From Octopus vulgaris (lineage: Eukaryota), in the NCBI GenBank assembly GCA_951406725.2, contig OX597814.1:26040001-26104000 (forward strand): a DNA stretch of 64,000 nt, given 5' to 3'. A program made the position numbers and the translations under genes. Under the pieces are notes generated by a model, which saw only the letters and a program-made list of their open reading frames with translations, searched no databases and was not told the origin of the DNA. This document shows positions 55,038-64,000 of this stretch, one piece after another (within the stretch, counting starts at the first letter, position 1; the number at the start of each line of letters is the position of its first letter).

Positions 55038-55575
55038 GTACAGGACACCAAAAAGATGTCGAACACATAGAGAGACGAAAAACATAGACACAAACCAAGG
55101 AACAAGACAGGCAAAAAAAAGGAGATACAGCACAATAAGCACAACGAAAAATCCCCTTCTTCAGTCGCTAAAGTTTCATCTACTAAACGTTTCGAAGGAT
55201 AAAAGTGAGACGTATACTTCGAATGAAAAATTCCTTCCTGCGAAAAGCAAATCAATTAAAATTCTGAGATCTTGTCGCAGAGGGGTAAAAAAAGCAAGAC
55301 GGTAACGACAGTACAAACATATAAACAGTAAAAAATATATATATAAACAGTGGAAAAATAAATATATAACAGTGAGAGACAGGACAAGGAGAACAAGATA
55401 AGAAGGGCTGTTAACGCCAGACGAAAAAAGTATTGCAAACGCTGGATTATAGTGGACGACGAGAGAGGAAGATGTCGACCAGTGGCCTTAGAAGGCAGGC
55501 GAGAAAGGACGGGATAGCAGTTACGACGGAAGTACGTCGCAGATGGACGACGGGAATGGGGGAGGAGGAGCAAGA
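55038..55575 (-). mobile_element. CpG-rich element inserted in (TA)n, possibly a PLE-like tail
   Basis: Sharp rise in CpG between two (TA)n runs; minus strand has GAAGGA...TCCTTC GAAACGTT. Confidence 0.4.
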
Positions 55576-55627
55576 TATATATATATATATATATATATAC
55601 ATGCATATATATATATATATATATATA

Positions 55628-55845
55628 TGCTTGTTTCAGTCATTTGACTGTGGCCATGGTGAAGCACTGCCTTCAAGGAGTTTTAGTTGAACAAGTTGAC
55701 CCAAGATTTTTTTTAAAGCCTAGTACTTATTCTATTGGTCTCTTTTACCAAGCAATTAAACTACCAATGCCGGTTGTCAAGTGGTGACGGGGGACAAACA
55801 CAAACAGAAAGACACCACACACACACACTCACACACATACACACA

Positions 55846-55899
<54 letters not shown>

Positions 55900-56222
55900 A
55901 AAAAAGACTCCGCCGGTTACGACGACGAGGGTCCCAGCTGATACGATCAACGGAACAGCTTGCTCGTGAAATTAACGTGCAAATGGCTGAGCATTCCACA
56001 GACACGTGTACCCTTAACGTAGTTCTCGGGGATAATCAGCGTGACACAGAGAGTGACAAGGCTGACCCTTTGAAATACAAGTACAACTCATTTTTGCCAG
56101 CTGAATGGACTGGAGCAACGTGAAATAAAGTGTCTTGCTCAAGGACACAACGCGTCGCCGGGAATCGAACTCACAACCTTACGATCATGAGCCGAATGCC
56201 CTAACCACTAAGCCACGCGCCC

Positions 56223-56264
<42 letters not shown>

Positions 56265-56410
56265 ACGGGCTTCTTTCAGTTTCTGTCTACCAAATCCACT
56301 CACAAGGCTTTAGTTAGCCCAAGGCTATAGTAGAAGACACTTTCCCAAGGTACCATGCAGAGGGAATGAACCTGGAACCATGTGGTTAGAAAGTAAGCTT
56401 CTTACCACAC
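55628..56410 (-). mobile_element. CORE-like SINE split by a nested SINE
   Basis: 3' half at 55628-55810 and 5' half at 56262-56410 match 28801-29213. Confidence 0.85.
55898..56227 (-). mobile_element. Young full-length tRNA-derived SINE (possibly Nin/Deu-domain type)
   Basis: Head GTGAGGGCGCGTGGCTTAGTGGTTAGGG (A box) ...GAGTTCGATTCCC (B box); CpGs retained. The domain assignment is from memory and unverified. Confidence 0.85.
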
Positions 56411-56595
56411 CGGTGGCACATAAAAAGCACTATCCAAATGTGATCGATGCCAGGCCTGCCTGACTGGCTCATGTGCAAGTGGCATGTAAAAAGTACCCAC
56501 TTCACTCTCAGAGTGGTTGGTATTAGGAAGAACATCCAGCTGTAGAAACATTCCAGTCCTCAATCAAACCGTCCAACCCATGCCAGCATGGAAAA
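56411..56595 (+). mobile_element. RTE tail fragment
   Basis: GGTGGCACATAAAAAGCAC...CATCCAGCTGTAGAAAC...CCATGCCAGCATGG. Confidence 0.8.
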
Positions 56596-57154
56596 ATACA
56601 AAGACTTTACAATAGATACAACATAAAACCAATTAAATGACACAAGTACCAGACCACCCACATACATCAATAGATTTACATACTCCACCAATATTGAGTC
56701 ATGTTAGTTTCACCTGATGATTACACTGGCATGAAACTCAAGTCACACAGCAAACTTATAGAGCCAATTTTTAAAACTATACCCTCTACAACATGTATTG
56801 AGCACTCTTTCCTCATTCTTTCAGCATTAAATAACAGACACACACATATTCCTATGTGTGTATATACACATGCACACACACACACATATATATATATATA
56901 TGGTTGTGTGCGAATGTGCATGTCTCTGAGTGTGTATATGTATGAGTGGAATATGTCCAGTACAGAAGGAAAATGCCAGTACAGCTTACAGCTTAGTACA
57001 TATGTCGGGTTGAGTGGCTATATCATATTTCATAGAAAAAAGGTTTGACAGAGAATGCATTCTGTCTCAATGGATCTCGTGAGATGTATATTTATTGGTA
57101 TATACATGAATGTGTGTGCATGCGGGTGCACGTGTGTATGTGTGTGTGTATAGA

Positions 57155-58432
57155 CAGGGTTCCCCACTCTCTTATATGGTCGTCTCTAAGGAAGCTAGGT
57201 GCAGAGGTGTGGTTTTGTTAGAGCTGTTCAACCATGTACAGCGATGCTGTCAGTAAGGTGAGAGTTGGCCTTGAATACAGCGATGAATTTAATGTAAAAG
57301 TTGGAGTACACCAGGGATCTGTTCTTAGTCCGCTATGCTGTATGGCAGTGAAACATAGGCTACAACAGCTGAGAAGATGCATAGGCTTGAGAGAAATGAA
57401 GCCAGTATGCTATGCTGGTTGTGCAATGTCAGTGTGCATGTTTGACAGAGTGTAAGCAGCTTGACAGAAAAGCTGGGCATAAGAGGAATCAGACGTGGTG
57501 TGCAAGAGAGACAACTGTGCTGGTATAGTCATGTGATGTGTATGGACAAGGAAAGTTGTGTAAAGAAGTGCTGATTTCTAACTGTAGAGGGAACATGTGG
57601 TAGAGGCAGACCCAAGAAGACATGGGATGAGTTGGTGAAGCATGACCTTCGAACTTTGAACCTCACAAAGGTAATGACTTTGGTGATGTTCTCTGCTTAA
57701 GAGGACCTATCAAGCCAAGTGCACCTATGCTGGTGGCACGTAAAAAAGTCAACCTTTGAACATAGGGCCTCATGGAGGCAAAGTGACTGAGTACCTTTCA
57801 AGTGTTGGGCCTAACAGAAACAAAATGGTGAGTTCCTTTGAAGCATTGGGCCTCACAGAGGTGAGGTAGCCGAGTTCCTTTTGAGTGGGTTTGATGGAGG
57901 CAAGGTGGCTGAGTTTGTTTCGAGTGTTGGGTCTCGTGGAAGCAAAGTGGCCAAGCTTCTGAGCCTGATGGAGGCAAAGTGGCTGAGTTCCTTTCGAGTG
58001 TTGGTCTTCACAGATGCATAGTGACAGGTTCCTTTCAAGCAGGCCACACAGAGGTGAGATGGCTGAGTTCCTTTTGAGCATTGAGCCTCATGGAGAAAAA
58101 GTAATTGAGATCCTTTCAAGTGTTGGGTCTCACGGAGGCAATGACCAAGACACTTGGTATTATGTCATGTTTGAGAAGAACCATCAAGCCAAGCAAAATT
58201 GCAGTCATGGCAGATACCGGTGTCATGCAAATAGCACCCATGCCAGTAGCACGTAAAAGCACCCATTACATTCTCAGAGTGACTGGAATTAGGAAGGTCA
58301 TCCAGCCATAGAAAACCATCCCAAATCAGACTGTATCTTAGTGCAGCCTTCCAGTGTGTCAGCCCAATCAAACCATCTAACCCATGCCAGCATGGACAAC
58401 AGATGTTAAATGATGATGATGATGATGATGAT
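57155..58432 (+). mobile_element. Internally deleted RTE with minisatellite in the 3' UTR
   Basis: MYSDAVSKVRVG...GVHQGSVLSP jumps to MLYGSET; ORF end at ~57720; (GAT)n at 58410. Confidence 0.88.
57755..58145. repeat. ~42 bp minisatellite, about 10 units
   Basis: Consensus approximately GGGCCTCATGGAGGCAAAGTGGCTGAGTTCCTTTCGAGTGTT. Confidence 0.85.
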
Positions 58433-58492
58433 ATATATATAACAGAAAAATGCGTCTTATGATCCAGCAAGGATGTCATTCATATCCCAATG

Positions 58493-58654
58493 ATATAGGC
58501 ACAGGATCAGCTGTATGGGTAATGTTTGCTTCCAAACCACTTGCATCCTTTTTTCAGTCTGTGTGGCACCTTGGACAAGTGCCTTCTACCTTAGCCTCCC
58601 CCTGGTCAAAGACTTTTGAGAGGATTTGGCAGACAGAAACTGAAAGGAGCCCAT

Positions 58655-58696
<42 letters not shown>

Positions 58697-58937
58697 TGTG
58701 TTTGTGCGTTTTTGTGTGTGTGTGCTTGTCCCCCACCACTGCTTGACCATTGGTGTTAGAATGCTTTTACCTCCCTGTAACCCAGCAGTCTCACCAAGAA
58801 AGACCAATAGAATAAGTACTAGGATTAAATAAAAATATAAGTACAGTGGTTCAATTTATTGAGCTAAAATTCTTCAAGGCAGTACCCCTGTATGACCACA
58901 GTCTAATGATTGAAACAAGTAGAAGATAAAAGGAAAA
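58493..58937 (+). mobile_element. CORE-like SINE, diverged full-length copy
   Basis: Head, CTTGGACAAGTG, internal (TG)n, and TGATTGAAACAAGTAGAAG tail. Confidence 0.8.
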
Positions 58938-60912
58938 GATACTCTACATGTTGAAGAATTTCTCTTGAGACAAATTCTGCAGTGAAAGATCTTTTCACAT
59001 CAGAGTGTCATGACCATGTTAAATATATTGTACACACATATCTCATTCAATGCTTCTTTGTGCACCTCCAGTTAATTAATTTCAGCCTGACCTATTTAAT
59101 ATGATTGTAGACATACACACACATGTGCGTGTGTGTTTTTGTGTGCATGTGTGCATGTGTGTGTGTGTGTGTGATTGAATGTGTGGATGGATATATGTAT
59201 TTATTAAGATATATATTGACACACATACACAATCACTCACACACATTTAGAGACATGTGTGTGTTTGTATGTGTGTGTGTGTGTGTGTGGACATGTGTGT
59301 GAGTGTGTGTATGTATATTGACATAAATACACATGCAGACACACATATAGAGTTATGTGTGTGTGTGTGTGTGTGTTTAATTGTGTGTATGCATATATAT
59401 ATATATATATACATTTATTAAGATATTTGTATTGACACACATACACATACACTCACACACATACAGAGATATGTGTGCATGTTTTTCTCTGTGTGTGCAT
59501 GTATGTGTGTGTGTGGGTGTATACGTGTTAGGAAGATAGATGTAACACTCCAGGACTCCACCTTCAATATGAGTAGAATGTATTTCTTTTCTAACTAATA
59601 TGAAAAGGTATTGATAATAAACAAGATGTGAGAGAGCATCTTAGATTCATTTCTATTTCAGTAGTAGATAGATATTTGTCTACATAATATATATGAATAA
59701 AATATATAAAGAAATATACATTTCCTATTGAAACGAACCAAAATTTCAAAAGAAATCATTTTATTACTTCAGATATCTTTAGAAAAGAAAAAGAAACATA
59801 AGAAAAAATAAAATCAGACAGGAGCCATGAATAGCAATCTTTCAGTTTTTTTCTTCATTTTTTTTTTTTTTTGATACTAAAAAAAAAATTGAAGAGAATA
59901 ATATTTTGTCACATATCCTTTATGTCTTTTGAAGTTTTATGTGTCTTATGCTGGACAGAACAGCAGGAATTATTTGCTCACTCTGCCTAGAGCTATGGTT
60001 GTAGAAGGAGAAATGAATATTCAAAGCCACCCTGATGTGATTGAAAACGGAAGGATGAGATTGTGAGCAACTTTGATAATTTCAAATCAAAGTTAGGTGT
60101 TAAATTCCCACAAACACATACATGTAAACCTCCTCCACCACCACACACATATACAATTAAATGCATACATATACTATATACACCACTTATAAACATATAT
60201 TTATGCACATACATATACATATATAGTTTCCAAGTCTACACATATATATATATATATATAAATATATGTACATCTATACATAAATATATTTATTTATGTA
60301 TACATACATCATTATATTTCTATGCATACACACATGTTTATGAGTATATATATATTCAAACATGCACACACACAACTACACACATATATATAGATATATG
60401 TTCTAGATTAGTATTTTACATACGTTCATATTTTATTTCAAGTTCCTTCCATTTTCTTGGTATAGTAAAGTTCCCAAATCCATAGCCATCATCATTTCTA
60501 AAACTTCATGGTCTCATCTTCAGCATATTCAAAAAGCTGTAGAGTGAACATGTTGTGGTCCCTTTAATAGTGGGACAAGCTAATGTGATAGATCTAAACA
60601 TCAATGGCAGATTTTGGATTTTTACTATTACTGTTATATATCATCAATTAAGCAGCCTATACTAGTAGCACTAAGTGACCAACAAATTATTTATGAAACA
60701 TATGAGGTAGTTGTCAGTATAACATAATATATATATTACATGCAAGAAAGTACATTTCGAATGTGGTATAACTGCAAAAACAGCAGAAAGGTCGGGTATT
60801 TTACCCTTATCTTGTCTGTAAAATATGAAACACATTCAATGCTTCCAAAGTTTATTTACAAAATATTGTCTCATATGTATATGCGCGTATGTGAGTGTGT
60901 GCATGTATTTAT

Positions 60913-60960
<48 letters not shown>

Positions 60961-60962
<2 letters not shown>

Positions 60963-61340
60963 CATCATCATCATCATCATCTTCGTTTAGCGTTTTCAAC
61001 TGGAGTCTGGGAAGCCAGAAGGCTGCACCAGGCCTAGTCTGATCTGGCAATGTTTCTACAGCTGGATGCCCTTCCTAATGCCAACCACTCCGTGAGTGTA
61101 GTGGGTGCTTTTTACACGCCACCGGTACAGGTGCCAGACGAGGCTGGCAAACGGCCACGATCGGATGGTGCTTTTTATGTGCCACCGGCACGGGGGCCAG
61201 GCGAGGCTGGCAACAGCCACAATCGGATGGTGCTTTTTATGTGCCACCAGCATGAGGCCAGTCAGGGCAGCGCTGGCAACGGCCACTTTCGGATGGTTCT
61301 CTTATGTACCACCAGCACTGGTATCACGGCTGTAATTTCC
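60961..61340 (-). mobile_element. RTE 3' UTR fragment with 4 units
   Basis: (CAT)n, conserved tail, repeated CGGATGGTGCTTTTTATGTGCCACC. Confidence 0.9.
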
Positions 61341-62641
61341 AAAAGACATACAGAATACTAATATTAGTAGCATATGATAAAGTAAAACAGTTAAGATTTT
61401 CCCAGTGACACACTGACTCTATATGTGCACTAATTTGAGTGGGAAAGTATGTGTATGGTTACTCTGGTACAAGAGTGAGCATGGTCATATGGATTATGAC
61501 AGTTATTTGGCCTCAGTCCCTTTCAGTCCCAAGGGTGTTTCATGCACATTATCATGGATTTGTATTTATAAATCATCTAATTTAATTTCAATAGTAATTT
61601 CTTTTTTGGCTCATTCTGTACTGTGTTCATTGTGTCTAAACATATCTCTATCATCTACCATAAAAGAAACATTGCTTTATACCATGTATATTGTATTGCA
61701 CCTCAGCAATTTTAGTGTTGATGCTCAACTGCTACTTTCATCAACTACTGTGTTCATTTTTGACATCATATCTGTCTAATATAATCCAGTACATGCCTAG
61801 AAGACTCAGCTTTTGTCCATTTAATTCTAGAGCAATGCACCAATTTAATTAACCATTCTATCTCTTTAACACATACTAGTTATAAACTAAAAGATCAAAT
61901 CCACTTCCTTTGGCATCTCCAACAACTTATTTTTAATCAATGTGAACTCTTTGGTAGTCTCTTGTTTTTCTTGACCAGAATTAATCATTAAAGCTTATGA
62001 TTTTTCTCTCTTCAATATGAAATTTTAATTGACTGTAACAGTTTTTGGGCTCTATATAAAATACATTATGAGAGTCTTTAGCACTTTTCAATGTGTGAAA
62101 AGAAATGAACAGCAGTATATCATTTATTTTAGAAAACCTTATAATATTCTTCATAAAATATCTTTTAAAGTGACAGAAATATTGTTGTAAAAGTATAGTT
62201 CACAACACATTGATGTTATATACTCCATTATGTATGGCAACACTACAATATACTGTTATAATGTATATTTTAAAGTGAGTAAATATTGTTAAATCCTTCT
62301 TAATTTGTATAAAAGACATTGGCTTGTCATAACCTTTAACATTCAGGGCAGATAAAACAGCTATAATGGAGATAATAAAAAGAATTTAGTGGAAGTTGAA
62401 CAAGTCCAAACTGTGTTTAATGATGAAATCTAATCGGTAATGTATAAACATATTTTCTTTGTCACAAACACAGACACACACACATACACACATAGACACA
62501 CATATGAGTGTGTATAGATGTATGTTTGTATACACATAAGTCAAAGTAAAAAATGGAGAATTAATATAGCACAAGTTTAATATTTGTTAAAATTATACAG
62601 TACCATTTCACTTTGAATCACATTACAACATATATTTATAT

Positions 62642-62990
62642 TATCATCAACATCATCATTTAACATCCATTTTCTATGCTGGCAAGGACAGTCTGACTGG
62701 AAACTGGTAAGCTGGGGAGTTGCATCAGGCTTCAATCGGACTTGGCATGGTTTCTACAGCTGGATGCCTTTCCTAACACCAACCACTCCAAGTAGTGCTT
62801 TTACTACCAGCACGGGTGCTAGTTACAAGACACCGGTATCAGCCATGATTACAATCTCACTTGGCTTGATAGGTCTTCTCAAGCACAGTATATTGCAAAG
62901 GTCTCGGTCATTTGTCACAGTCTATGTGATGCCCAAAATTCGAAGAGTGCTTTTTGTGTTCCACTGCCACGGGTGTCAGGTATGCAACAC
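62642..62990 (-). mobile_element. RTE 3' fragment
   Basis: Tail motifs plus ORF-end sequence CTCACTTGGCTTG..GGTCTTCTCAAGCACAG. Confidence 0.8.
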
Positions 62991-63137
62991 TGGTGTACAC
63001 ACATACACACAGGCCTGCACACATACAAAATTTCTGATCTAGGCATCTTAATATGTTTTCAGCAGTGTAGAATTTACATTGTAATTATTCTTTTTCATTT
63101 CAGGTGCCATTATATTAAACATTTGTGAAGATTAACC

Positions 63138-64000
63138 ATGCCACGCACAAAAATTCAGCACAACTGAGTTTTTCAAAGAGATTGTATTGTTGGGCAATCT
63201 GAGGCTGGTCTTAGCCAGCTAAAAATTGCTGAAAATCTTCAAATTACTCTTACTACTGTTAATAGAATTATAGTGCAATTCAAAAGCCAAGGAAAAGAAT
63301 CAACAGATTCTTGTCCCAGCTGACCTGGGCCCTTGGAAAGGCAGCTTTGCTGTTTGAAGAGAATTGCAGAAAATGAATCCCATTCGAAGGCTTCTGACAT
63401 TGAAAAACAGCTACAAGTTAGTCCAAGAACGTGTGTTACATATCCACATAAGCTTGGGTATTATGGACGAGCAGCTAGAAGAAAACCTCTCCTTCAACCA
63501 ATTAATATCATGAAAGAAAGAAATGGGCTAAGGAGATGTCAGAAAAATCCAGTTCATTTTGGGATAAAGTGATTTTCTCAGATGAATCCAGATTTGCATT
63601 ATTTTCAGACTGTGGATGTGTTTGGGTCTGAAGGCTTCCCAATCAAGAATTTATTTTGAAACGACTCCAACCAACTGTGAAGCATGGTGGTATCTCTGTA
63701 ATGGTATGGAGAGCTGTCACCAGTGATGGTCGTTCTGAGCTGATCGAATGTGTTGGAACCATAAACTCTGAAATATACATCAAAATACTTAAGTAAGGAC
63801 TACTTCCGATGTATTCACATGATAACATAATGAAAAATGAGTTTTTATTCATGGAAGATGGGGCTCCATGCCACACAGCAAAAAGGAATCAACAATGGCT
63901 GGCTGAAAATAGGATCAAAATGCTTCCTTGGGTGAACCAATCTTCTGACATGAACCAAATTGAAAATTGGAGCATACTAGATTGAGGTATACTTAAAACT
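63138..64000 (+). pseudogene. Tc1-family transposase pseudogene (runs off the window)
   Basis: MPRTK...[21 protein letters not shown] (HTH), [56 protein letters not shown]; several stops and frameshifts. Confidence 0.95.

Noticed and set aside
56150-56227. tRNA gene with CAT anticodon-like loop
   Set aside because: It is the head of a SINE, continues into the SINE body, and lacks a convincing acceptor stem.

Overview
AT-rich, microsatellite-dense eukaryotic DNA with no confidently identifiable host protein-coding exon. The repeat repertoire suggests a mollusc, probably Octopus (inference); the window is likely intronic or intergenic. It is dominated by transposable elements: a nearly intact RTE-clade LINE (AP endonuclease, RT, PHD-type finger) with a 5'-inversion layout, many RTE 3' fragments ending in (GAT)n, several tRNA-headed SINE families, mariner and Tc1 remnants, a probable non-autonomous Helitron with cargo, and Penelope-like element (PLE) tails. 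The most interesting signals are (i) three minimal type I hammerhead-ribozyme motifs in PLE-like tails, one preceded by a GIY-YIG remnant and a tRNA-like head, and (ii) long diverged foldback hairpins, two of which turn around just upstream of a hammerhead 3' half-core. Almost all ORFs in the supplied track are microsatellite or repeat artefacts.
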